Positions 25,060 through 36,600 of a DNA stretch of 64,000 nucleotides are shown here, one piece after another. Both the position numbers and the translations under genes were made by a program. The DNA is from Vicugna vicugna (lineage: Eukaryota), in NCBI GenBank assembly GCA_013265495.1, contig MU058444.1, positions 1,922,001 through 1,986,000 of the forward strand, read 5' to 3'. Numbering within the stretch: position 1 is the stretch's first letter; the number at the start of each line of letters is the position of its first letter. The notes below the pieces were generated by a model. It made no database searches and had not been told where the DNA came from. It saw nothing but the letters and a program-made list of their open reading frames with translations.

Positions 25060-25600
25060 TGCGTGAAGCGCCCATGGGCGGCTGGACGCGGCGCTCGGGC
25101 TCAAGCTCCTGCCTCCCCAGACCACCACGGCTGTCATCCCTCTGTCCTTGTCCAGTCACCTCAGGGGCCCTCCGGACCCCCACCAGTTGTACCGTGGCGA
25201 TGACTCGAGCGCAGGTAAGAAAGCGACGGAGTTGGGAAGAGGCGTCTTCTCCTGGTACCTTCCCGTGCAGCACGCCGTGATGACGTAGCGAGGGCGGGCT
25301 GGGGGCGGGGCGTAGCGCTCCGTGATGACGTATCGCCAGCGTGCTGGGTGGGGCGTAGCGCTCCATGATGACGTGATGCGGGCAGGCTGGAGGCAGGGCG
25401 CAGAGCCAGGGGGAAACCGGATGAGGCTAGGGGCGGCCAAAATGGGAGTGGTGAGCATGATAAATGTGTGAAGCCTTTCAGCCATTGCTGACCCACCGAG
25501 GGCGCCCAGGGAAAGGTGCTGCTTGCTGTTAGGAGTCGCTAAGCTACGGAGCCGGGCTAGTCCCGGGCCGCTGTGTGGCCACTTAAGCTCTCTGTCTTAG
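25060..25600. promoter_or_regulatory. Orphan CpG-rich promoter-like patch with three TGATGACGT (CRE/ATF-like) motifs and GC boxes
   Basis: CpG density is visibly far above the flanks. TGACGT at 25281, 25326 and 25369; GGGCGG/GGGGCGGGG at 25292-25310. Confidence 0.55.
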
Positions 25601-25885
25601 GATGGCCCCCTGACTTGGCGCAGGCACGGTACCCTGAAAGGCTTTGTTAAAAAGAGGAACAGATTCCGCTTTGGGAGGAGCAATTCACCCAGGGCTGCAG
25701 GCTGAGCTTGGCAGAGAGAGAGAAGAGATGAGTGAAAGGAAGGCCCACGGACAACCTCATGGTCCCACACTGGCCTTCTGACCTTCTTGATGGCCACCAT
25801 TCCCGCCCCACCCCTTCCTCCCCTTCCTGTCCTAAACATGTCTTTTGTCCCTTGGAAGAGCATCCCCAATTTACATCAACTGAAA

Positions 25886-26010
25886 CAGAAGGAAAGAAGG
25901 AAAGAAAAGAAAGAAAGAAAGAACAAGAGAAAGAAAGGAAGGAAGGAAGGAAGGAAAGAAGGGGAAAGGAAAGGAAGGAAAAAGAGAGAGGGAGGGAGGA
26001 AGAAAGAAAG
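25886..26010. repeat. Polypurine (GAAA/GGAA)n low-complexity tract
   Basis: Almost pure A/G run read directly. Confidence 0.92.
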
Positions 26011-26200
26011 ACATTACTAAAAATTCTAAAAATAAAAAGCAACTTTCTCTTTTCGGACAGATGGTGGGAAAGATTTCATGTTCTTTTAATTGTTTGCTGT
26101 TGGTGGTGTTTTTTTTTTTTAATCCTCCCCTCCCCACCAGTGACTGTGCCACAGGACAGCTCAGCCTTACACAAATTATATTTAAAAGTGGGCTCAATCA

Positions 26201-26942
26201 TAAAAAAAGAATAAAATAATGTCATTTGCAGCAACATGGATGTACCCAGAGATGACTGTACTGAGTGAAGTAAGTCAGACAGAGAAAGACAAATACCGTA
26301 TTTCTACGTGGAATCTTATAAAAAAAAATGACACAAATGAACTTATCTACAAAAGAGAAACAGACTCACAGACATAGAAAACAAATGTGGTTACCTGCTG
26401 GGGAAGGGGGTAGGGGAGGGATAAGTAAGGAGTTCTAAATTTTTCTTTTTCTTTCTGGCTTACTTCACTTAGAAATATGATCTCCAGGCCCACCCATGTT
26501 GCTGCAACTGGCATTATTTTATTCTTTTTTATGGCATAGTAGTATTCCATTGTGTATATATACCACATTCTTCTTTATCCAGTCACCTGTCGATGGACAT
26601 TTAGGTTGTTTCCATGTCTTGGCTGTTGTAAATAGTGCTGCTGTGAACACTGGCATGCATGTAGTTTTTCAAATTAGAGTTCCCTCTGGATATATGCCCA
26701 TGAGTGGGATTGCTGGATCATAGCGTAAGTCTATTAATAGTTTTTTGAGGAATCTCCATACTGTTTTCTATAGTGGCTGCACAAAACTACATTCCCACCA
26801 ACAGTGTAGGAGAGTTCCCTTTTCTCCACACCCTCTGCATCATTTGTTTCTGGATATTTTAATGATGGCCATTCTGACTGGTGTGAGGAGATATCTCACT
26901 GTGCTTTTGATTTGCATCTCTCTGATAATTAGCGATATTGAG
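26201..26942. mobile_element. Two L1 3' fragments in opposite orientation (26201-26435 plus; 26440-26942 minus)
   Basis: Both carry the same ORF2-end segment (aaaagaataaaataatg...gcagcaacatgg...agtgaagtaag) in opposite directions. Confidence 0.8.
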
Positions 26943-27624
26943 CCACATGAGAGCGGTTTTCCTGCACAACTGGTACTTCACCCTCTTTACTTCCCCAAAG
27001 AGGCAGAGTAACAGCAAACACTTAGCACTTACTGGGCATCTGGGAAACGGCTAAGTGCTGTTCATGTACTGAGTTGCTGAATCCTTATACAAACTCCACA
27101 AGGTCTGTGTCACAGCATCGAGGGGTCAGGAAACCTGCCTGGGATCACAAAACCCACATGTGGCAGCAGCAGGGTCTGACCTTTGACCCACGCCATCCAG
27201 TGCCAGTGCCCCGGCCAGGAGCCCTTGGGCCAGGCTGCCTGCATGTGGCAAGACCTCAGGAAGTGTTTTCCCAGTCAAAGAATGAATGAACACTCAACAA
27301 AACGAATGCAAGGCAACCTATTTGGTGTGCAGTTAGCCAACCCAGCCACAGTGGTTGGCTTATCTGACATTCAGTTGCCTCAAATTCACCGCATTGGGAA
27401 GAATTTTCAGGCAGTCATCGCTCACTTTTTTCATTCATCCAACATTTTCTGCAGACTGTGCTAGGCTCAGGGCTGGAAACACATGAGTTTGTGCCCTTGA
27501 GAGTCCACATCCTTCTGTGAGAGGAGCTTGCAGGTGCTCACCATTTGCATTGGGGGTGGGGAGTGTAGAAATACAAAACTAGCTGAAGTGTTGGCTTTGT
27601 CCCTGCTGAGCCATGACTGAGGAG

Positions 27625-27826
27625 TGGTTCAGTCCAGGGTGAGTCTCCCCTCCCCAGCTGGCACTTCCTGGAGACATTTTTGGTGTCACAACTTGGTGGT
27701 GCTGCATCAGGGTGGGTGGGACCAGGAATGCTACCAAACATCCCACGGTGTCCAGGACAGGACAGGCTCCATGGCAACGAGTTATACTGCCCCAAATGTC
27801 CACAGTGCCAAGATCAAGAAACCCGG
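27625..27826. mobile_element. MER20 (hAT-Charlie) remnant
   Basis: ctggagacatttttggtgtcacaac...gaatgctaccaaacatccc...caggacagg...cccaaatgtccacagtgccaagatcaagaaaccc follows the recalled MER20 consensus. Confidence 0.75.
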
Positions 27827-27888
27827 TACCAAGTCCTGGAAACCAGTGATTACAGACAACAAAATGGCATTATAAACATTCAACTTTG

Positions 27889-28055
27889 GTGGGCAGGGTA
27901 TAGCTTAGTGGTAGAGCACATGCTCAGCATGCATGAGGTCCTGGGTTCAATCCCTAATACGTCCATTAAAATAAATAAGTAAATAAACCTAATTATTACC
28001 TCCCCCCCAAAACAAACATTCAAAAAAACAAGCAAACAATAAATAAAATTTTTAA
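27889..28055 (+). mobile_element. Camelid tRNA-Ala-derived SINE, inserted next to an older L1 3' end (28060-28230)
   Basis: gggtatagcttagtggtagagcacatgctcagcatgcatgaggtcctgggttcaatccc, tail, and flanking ATTCAACTT repeats. Confidence 0.85.
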
Positions 28056-28894
28056 AAATTCAACTTGCTAAGAGACTAGACCTTAGTTGTTTCCAACACT
28101 AGAAGAAATGAGAACCGTATGACGTTATAAAGGTGTTAAGTGATGCTGCAATTGTCATATAAACACATCAGATCAATATGTTGTACACCTTAAACTTTCA
28201 CAAGGTCGTGTATCAAATATAACTCAATTTTTAAAAACCAAAGATCAACAACAACAACAAAAACTCTCATTTAAGAGGGGGCTTCTCAGACTCCTCAGGG
28301 AAAAGGCCTGAGTAACACTGAGGAAAATAAACCGCAGCACAGATAAGGAAATAAACAAAGCAGCCACAGCAAAATAAAATCCAGTTTAACATACACCTTG
28401 AATCTGCAGTCTTGGCAAGTTAATCTTATCACTGGGAATTGGGCAAGTGCTGTCCATCGGGCTCTCAGGCTGGAAGGAGGGAGATTCAGTTTCCAGCCAC
28501 CCCCAGAAGTGCCCTCGGGAAGCTCTGTTAGCTCGCCTGCATGCCACAGGGTGGAGGTTTTAAAAGGAGAAACTGCTTCGTGTGAGGTGGAACAGACTTC
28601 TAAACCTGAGGTGGACAGGACACCTGGCTCAGAACACCCATCCTATTTCAGAGGTTAAAGATGGACCCAGAGACCAACCTGCAGACCAGGCCTCTGGAAA
28701 AGGGAGACATGGTGACTGACCCTTTCCTGACTGCACAGGACGCCCCCAGCATGGGCTGCTCTTGGGGCTCAAGGTGGAGGTCCTTACCCCCTAAATACTC
28801 CCACCCAACCCTCCAGGAGAGGATGCAGTCACTCACACAGGACAAAAGGGGGTAACAGACAGAACAGCATTAGCATCCGTGCATCCAGATCCCA

Positions 28895-29045
28895 GCTCTA
28901 TTCAGTATCTTGTAGTGACTCACGGTGGAAAAGAGTATGACAATGAATATATGTGTGTTCATGTATGACTGAAGCACTGTGCTGTGCACCAGAAACAGAC
29001 ACAACACTGTAAACTGACTATACTTCAATAAAAAAAATATATATA
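28895..29045 (+). mobile_element. Short lineage-specific L1 3' end
   Basis: ctattcagtatcttgtagtgactcacggtggaaaagagtatg...gctgtgcaccagaaa...actgactatacttcaataaaaaaaa. Confidence 0.75.
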
Positions 29046-31299
29046 CAAAGAGATTAATAAACATCTCCCTTCACACCTTTTGCTCTGTTTAGACCTGCCT
29101 ACATCCCCCTCACAGCTTAAAAACATGAAACCGTTGTCTTTCTTGAGTATTTTCATCTCTGATTGCCCCTACTTGGACCTCTGTTCCTTACAATAATTCT
29201 ATCCACAACCTCATCACTGCATCTGTCCCTCCCGACGCTAATCGTACAGATACACAGCATTTTCCAAAATGTGAACTTCGGGGGAAACACAGGATTAAAC
29301 AATGTTCAACAGAAGTGAGATGTTTCATTTTAGCAGGATGCCTCAAAACTTTGGTTATGCATCACATTATGAGTCTCCAAGAGGGAACTCTAAACTTGCA
29401 GTATATTTTTCAAAGCTGTTGGAACTTTGGAACTCCCCTTTTCCTGGAGTATCTCCGGGTCCCAGTGGTCTGCAGATCACACGTTTGGAAATGCTACTGA
29501 AAGGACTTGATGGAAATGAAATGGCTTCACTGCTAGAGAGGGAGCATCTTGGAGACTGCATCTCCAATAATCTCACGTTGTCCGTTGATGTTGATCTGGA
29601 GTTTCAGTATGATACGACACTTAAACTTGAGCATGAAATTATCAGAGTTAAATGTGCCTATTGTACCCGCTTAATTATATTATGATAAAAACATTTTGGC
29701 GACATCACAGCTAAAATAACTTCATAGACAGCAAAATCTGAATAGCCTAAATTTCCCAGCGTACCAAGTACCTGACTATATTGAGTCTTCCAGTTAATTT
29801 TGGCATAAAAATATTTATACTTTAGGCATAAAAATATTTATACTATGTATAAAATCTTAAAGGTCTACTTAAAACAAGTTTTTATGATTTGAATTATTTA
29901 TTTATGCAGGATGTTTGTTTTATTCAGTGATAATTATACAGTCCTACAAAAGTGGAGGGTTCTGAGGGTTTGGCTTGACTCTTTTCTGATCCCCAACATA
30001 TCCTAGAAGCTTTTTTTTTTTTTAAATCAACAAAAGCTAGTTTTCTGGACATTTGTGTTGCATCTCAGCATTTCTGGCAGGCTAATAATTCCCAGAACAC
30101 CCGTATCCTATTGCTAATGAACCTGCAACATTGACTGTCTTTAAATAAAGCGACTCTCTGTATCACATAGACCTCCTTTTCTGCCACTCCCCCACCAAAA
30201 CCCCAGCAGCAGACAATTGGACCAGGCTGGGTAGCTCACCAGAGCTTGGCCAATCAGATTCCTTTTCATCGAAATTTGAAAATGGAAACTCAAAGTTGGA
30301 GTTGGTTGGACAATGGTGAGCACCTGCACTAAAGTAATATTTATTTTGGATCAAGGGATGCTGAAGTCACAGGCCAAATGATTCATCTATCAGGACACAG
30401 ATTCAACCACTACAATAAAGACAAAAATAAGATTGACTTAAACAAGATAAGAGATCATGCTTTTCTCTCCAGGTAATTTATTTTCTCTCTCAGGTAACAA
30501 TCTGAACAGAAACTGTCCAAACTTGATATCGCAACTCCTCTTTGCCAGGGACCCAGGCTCTTCTGAACTTGTGGCCATCCATCCTCAGGTTCACATCACT
30601 GCCATATCCGTGATCAAGGCAGGATGGAGAAAGGAACATGCCCCTTTTCTCTAATCACAAAGTTGCAGACAGGGCTTCCACATCAAACCAGAACTCGGTC
30701 ATGTGACCACACATGGATATTGGAGAACAAGTAGCGATCTCTGTTTCAGGCTGGGAGAAAGGTGAGAAGGGAGGTGCTCAAAGAGAATCAGGAGCCAGGA
30801 ATCCACATGCAGTAAGAAGCAGAAATGACACACACAGAGAGACAGATGGAATCAGAGGACCAGGGAGTGGCTGTCTGTGACTTCCCAAGTCCTAGACATC
30901 CGTCTGTCCTTACTGAGATGGAAACCAGGTTCTGTGAAATTCTTCTGTAGCCTTTCGACCAGCCCCGTTGTTTCTAGAGCTAGATTGGGTCAGTTTATGT
31001 TTGTTGCAACTGAGACCTGCAGATAACATTCGTTGCACTTACTGAGCACTTTGGGTTGAGTCACTAAAGTGAGGCAGGATCTGTGTGACCTGGGAGGAAG
31101 CTCAGCTGGAGGCAGGGATTCCATGCCTGGGGACACAGAGAGAAGTGGGTGGGTTGGCCTCACCGGAGTGGTTCAGTGTCTATCACGCACAGGGATGGTA
31201 GATTCCGGAGGAGGCAGGAAGGCTGGCAGGTGGAAGGCAGTGAGTAACATCAGTAGAGATCCTGAACACTGATGAGGTCAAGGCACAGAGAAGGGCTGT

Positions 31300-31650
31300 A
31301 AAAGACTGCATGTTCTGTCCTCCCCAAATTCACCTGCCGAAACCCTAATCCCAATGTGATGGGAGTAGGAGAGGGAGGCCTTTGGGGTGATTAGGTCTGG
31401 AGAGTGGGACCCTCATGAAGGTATTAGTGCCCTTATAAGACACCCAAGAAAGCTTGCTTCTCTGCTTTCCATCAGGGGAAGATACAAGGAGAAGGCAACC
31501 ATCTATGGATCAGAAGGTGGGCTCTCAGCGAGAACTAAATCTGCTGGCACCTTGATCTTGGACTCCTCAGCCTTCAGAACAATGAGAAATAAAGATCTGT
31601 TGTTTAAGCCACTTAGTCTGCTAGTTTGTTTCAGCTGCCTGAGCTGACTA
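31300..31650 (+). mobile_element. MaLR LTR (MLT1A-like)
   Basis: ccccaaattca...cccaatgtgatg...gacccctcatgaaggtattagtgcccttataaga...gcaccttgatcttggactcctcagccttcagaacaatgagaaataaa. Confidence 0.8.
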
Positions 31651-32007
31651 ACCTCCCAAAGACATGCAGAGTCTAAACAATCCTTTTCTCCTTTCAGGGA
31701 AAGGGAGTTGAAGGGCTCCAGAGAGCACGTAAATTACATCTTGACGAATTACATTTTTTGCTGAGTCATGTTGACCTCCGATTACTGGAAGAGCTCTGGC
31801 CGGTTGACTTGTTCGCTAGAGACGTAGCTATCACCACACCTTCTGACCTCATATGGCCCAAGCAGCCCGAATCAGGGCTGCTGTTGGGACTTAAAGCAAA
31901 GATGACGTCCACAAAGCAGCCCCTGTGACTGCAGAAGGGAAACCATTGGCAGAAACCAGTAAGTAATCCACACACGCGCTAATTCATATGAAGTAGAAAG
32001 CACTGAA

Positions 32008-32556
32008 TGTGCTGAAGTCACAGATTCCAGAGGTGGTACACCTGAAAGCAATCGTGGGCACTGACCTCAGAGCCAGGAATTCTGAAGTCCCCAAGGAGAG
32101 GTAAACCGACTTACTTTCAAAGCGCTCCGATTGTCAGTCTTCCTCGGTAGGGTCCGGCCATCCAAGAAGGCTGCGGTCTTGCTCCCATTACATCCGCTGC
32201 TTAGCGAGTCCCTGCTTCTCTCACACGACTATCCAATCCTCTTAATTAGAGGACTTAATTAGTAACTGCCTCGTCCCGCCCCCCAGCCGCTGGTTTCCCT
32301 GGTAACTGATGAGCCAACCGGACGTCAGTTCCGCCTATAGGTGGACGCCTCCTCCCCAGGTGGTGAAGGCTGCTACCGTGTCCTGCCCTGCGGCTGCCGC
32401 ACGCGATGGGGTGCCGCTCCAGGATCCTCCTTCAGACACGTAAGATACCCCCATTTATTAAGCCACTGACGTCTCTGATGCTCCCTCCTGGCTCTTCCTT
32501 CCGCCTCAAGACCGGGCAACTACAACACTTGCGAGCCTGCAGGGTGCAGACCAACA
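32008..32556 (+). mobile_element. ERVL solo LTR (MER74-like), unusually CpG-rich
   Basis: TG start and ...gcctgcagggtgcagaccaaCA end resembling the recalled MER74 terminus, with U3/R/U5-like motif order. Confidence 0.55.
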
Positions 32557-33086
32557 TCCCCCCCCCGTGTTATTTCTACCCATTTTCCTGCTAGACTCAA
32601 AGTTTCTTGCCTTTGCAGCTATGTGTGTGTCTTTACCGAAGCAAATGCCAGTTGGATGTATTTAGAAATAGGTAATTTTTAGTTGAATTCTAGAATCATA
32701 GGCTTCAGGTTCCACAGTTTTTTCCAATAGGCCTTGGACCTAATATTTGACAATGTGTATTCCTGCCTGTAAGAGGGGTTCAAGGCGGGGTAGGAAAGAT
32801 ACTTACTTCTACTCTGTTCCTGAAGTCTCAAGAGATATGAAGGATCAAAAGCGGTGCACTCCTTTTACGCCTGCAATTGGGAGGGGGAGTTGTGATTAGG
32901 TCATAAGAGAAGCCTGGGGGCCAAAGATAATTAGCAGAGGATCAGACCTTGGAGAGGCAACTGGGGTAACCCCCAGAGAGAGCCCACGCTAGGATGCTTT
33001 CGAGGGATGAGTTAAGGTTTATTAATGCCAGTCATTAATTGATTTATTAATGCCACTCAATAATTAATCATCCCCCAAATTTAGGT

Positions 33087-33240
33087 GAGTAGTTCTCAAC
33101 CTGGATCCCACATTGGAATCCTGACGCCTAGGCTACAGTTGGGCCAATTGAGTAAAAGCCTCTGGGGGTGGAACCCAGGTGTTAGTCTTTAAAACTGTCT
33201 CCAGCTGATTCCAAAGTGCAGCCGATAATTGAGAACCATT
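33087..33240. mobile_element. MER5-type hAT-Charlie MITE
   Basis: agtagttctcaacctgg...cacattggaatc...ctgattccaaagtgcagcc...ttgagaaccattg; the ends are imperfect inverted repeats. Confidence 0.7.
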
Positions 33241-33621
33241 GATGTAGGCAGTTTGGAGAAAGATTGAGAAGATCAGGACATGTTTTTTCAAGCGTTATTA
33301 GGTGAGTTTCAGAACTCAAGAGTCGGAAGGTGGAAGTATTGATCATCTTCAAGGGATAGTGTCCAGGTCCAGGTGAGACCTAGCAAGCCCCTTGGAGCGG
33401 CAGGTAACAAAACATCAAGCAGGGGGCAGGAATGTCTCGGCCGTTTAGGTTGTTTAAACGAAGGAGGTGTTCAGCAGACCCAGAATTTATTGGCTTCCTC
33501 TCTCCCTCAGGATGTGCCTATCACATAATTCAGAATATGGAGGATGGAGGGGAATCTGGAGGAATCCTACAGAATGGGAAAAGTTAAGGTAATGAAGACG
33601 CCGTGATTCAGAAGGGTCTTT

Positions 33622-36600
33622 TTTTTTTTTAACTGAAGTACAGTTGATTTACAATGTTCTGTTTGTTTCTGGTGCACAGCAAAGTGATTCAGTTACACAT
33701 AACTTTATATATTCTTTTTCATATTCTGTTTCATTATAGTTTATTATAGGATATGAATCTGTTTTATATATAATAATGTGTATCTGTTAATCCCAAACTC
33801 ATAATTTATCCCTCCTCCCCTTTCCCCTTTGGTAACCATATGTTTGTTTTCTATGTCTGTGTCTGTTTCTGTTTTGTAGAGAAGTTCACTTGTGTCTTTT
33901 TTTTTGTTGATTCCACATGTAAGTGATATCATGTGATATTTGTCTTTCTCGCTCTGATTTGCTTAGTATGATAATTCCGAGGTCCATGCACGTTGCTGCC
34001 AATGGCATTGTTTCTTTTTATGGCTGAATAGTAGTCCACTGTACATATATATCAAATTTTCTGTATCCCGTCACCTGGAAATGGACATTTAGGTTGTTTT
34101 CGTGTCTTGACTATTATAAATAGTGTTGCTTGGAACATTGGGGTGCATGTTATCTTTTCAAATTGGAGTTTCCTCTGAATATATGCCCAGGAGAGGAATC
34201 CCTGGATTATAAAGTATCTCTATTTTTAGTTTTTTAAGGAATCTCCATACTGTTTTCCATAGTAGCTGCACCAAAGTACATTGCCACCAACAGTGTAGGA
34301 GGGTTCCCTTTTCTCCACACTCTCTCCAGCATTTATCATTTGTAGACATTTTAATGAAGGCCATTCTGACTAGTATGAGGTGATACCTCATTGTAGTTTT
34401 GATTTGCATTTCTCTAATAATTAGCGATATTGAGCATTTTTTTCATGAGCCTGTAGGCTATCTGTATGTCTTCTTTGGAGAACTGTCAATTTAGGTCTCC
34501 TGCACATTTTTTTGATTGAGTGGTTTGCTTTTTTTGCTATTGAGACGTATGAGCTGTTTGTATATTTTGGAAATTAAGCTCTTGTCAGTTGCATTGTTTG
34601 CAAATATTTTCTCCCATTCTGTAGGTCTTTTCGTTTTGTTTGTGGTTTCCTTTGGTATGCAAAAGCTTAAAAGTTTAATTAGGGCTCATTTTGTTTATTT
34701 TTGCGTTTTTTTCTGTTGACTTGGTAGACTTCCCTAAGAAACACTGGTATAGTTTAAGAGTATTTTGTCTATGTTCTCTTCTAGAAAGTTTATGACGTCC
34801 TATCTTACATTTAAGTCTTTAAGCCATTATGAGTTGATTTTTGTGTATGGTGTAAGGGAGTGTTCTAGCTCCATTGATTTACATGTGCTGTCCAGTTTTC
34901 CCAACACCACTTGCTAAAGAGACTGTCTTTTCTCTATTATATATTCTTGCCTCCTTTGTTGGTGATTAATTGACCATAAGTCTCTGGGTTCATTTCTGGG
35001 CTCTCTGTTCCATTCCATTGGTCCATACGTCTGCTTTTGGGCCAATACCACGCTGTTTTGGTTACTGTAGCTCTGTGGTATTGAAGAGTTTTGCTCTCTG
35101 GAATCTGGGAGGGTTATTCCTCCAGCTTCATTTGTTCTTACTGCTTTGGCAATTGTGGGTCTTTTGTGCTTCCATATAAATTTTAGGATTATTTATTCTG
35201 GTTCTGTGAAAAATGTCCTGGGTAATTTTATAGGGATTGCATTAAATCTGTGAATTGTTTTGGGTAGTATGGCCATTTTAGCTATCAATTCTTCCAATCC
35301 AAGAGCATGGATCTCTTTCCACTTCTTTAAATCATACTCAGTTTCCTTAAGCAATGTTTTATGATTCTCTGTGTGAAAGTCTTTCATCTTCTTGGTCAGG
35401 TTTATTCCTGAAGTATCTTATTTTTTATATGATTTTAAAAGGGATTTTTTTTTACTTTCCTTTTCTGATATTTCATTATTAGTGTAAAGAAATGCAACAG
35501 ATTTCTGTATGTTAATCTTGTATTCTGCTACCTTGCCAAATTCTTTTATCACTTTTAGTAGTTTTTGTGGGGTCTTTAGGGTTTTCTATATATAGTATTA
35601 TGTCATCTGCATATAATGACCATTTAAACTCTTCCTTTCCAATTTGGATCTCTTGTTCCCTGTCTGAGTGCTGTGGCTAGGACTTCCAATACTATGTTGA
35701 ATGGAAGTGGTGAAATTGGGCATCCTTGTCTTGTCCCAGATTTGAGGGAGAAGGCTTCCAACTCTTCATCGTTTGAGTGTTATGTTGGCTGTGAGTTTGT
35801 CTTAAGTAGCTTTTATTCTGTTGAGATATGCCCCTGTGTACCCACTTTGGTAAGGGTTTTTATCATGAATGGATGTTGAATTTTGTTAAATGCTTTTTCT
35901 ATATCTACTGGGATGATCATGTGATTTTTGTCATTTGTTGTTGTTGTTGATATGGTATATCATGTTGATTTGCATATAGAGCCATCCTTGTGTCCCTGGG
36001 ATGACTGCAACTTGATTGTGGTGTATAGTATGATTTTTTTTTATGTGTTATTGGATTCAGTTTGCCAATATTTTGTTGAGAATGTTTGCATCTATGTTCA
36101 TCAAAGATATTAGCTTGTAATTTTCTTTTTTAGTATTGTCTTTGTCTGGTTTTGGTATCTGGGTGATGGTGGCTTCACAGAATAAGTTTGGAGGTTTTCT
36201 CTCCTCTTCAGTCTTTTGAAAGAGTTTGAGAAGGATCCGCATAAGTTCTTTTTTGTGTGTTTGGTAAAATTACCCAGTGAAGTCACCTGGTCCTGGACTT
36301 TAGTTTTCAGGGAGGTTTTGTTTTTGTTTTAATTACAGATTCATTTTACTTCTAGTGATCAGTCTGTTGAAATTATCTATTTCTTCTTCAGTTTTGGTGG
36401 GCGGTATATTTCTAGAAATGTGCCCATTTCTTCCAGATTGTCGCATTTGTTGGCACGTAATTGTCCACGGTACTCTTAAGGCTTTTCGTATTTCTTCGAT
36501 ATCGGTTGTTATTTCTTTAATTTTATTTCTTATTTCGTCTTTTGGGTCCTCTCTCTTTTCTGCTTGGTGAGCCTGGACAGAGGTTTGTCAATTTTGTTTA

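Noticed and set aside
25271..25385. Repeat-spacer pattern as a CRISPR array
   Set aside because: There are only ~3 degenerate units, the 'spacers' resemble each other, the context is mammalian, and no cas genes are present.
25647..26214. K/E/R-rich and F/S/L-rich ORFs
   Set aside because: They are translations of the polypurine low-complexity tract.
29802..29844. 20-bp direct repeat GGCATAAAAATATTTATACT (similar short duplications near 42930 and 46780)
   Set aside because: These are ordinary slippage micro-duplications in AT-rich DNA.
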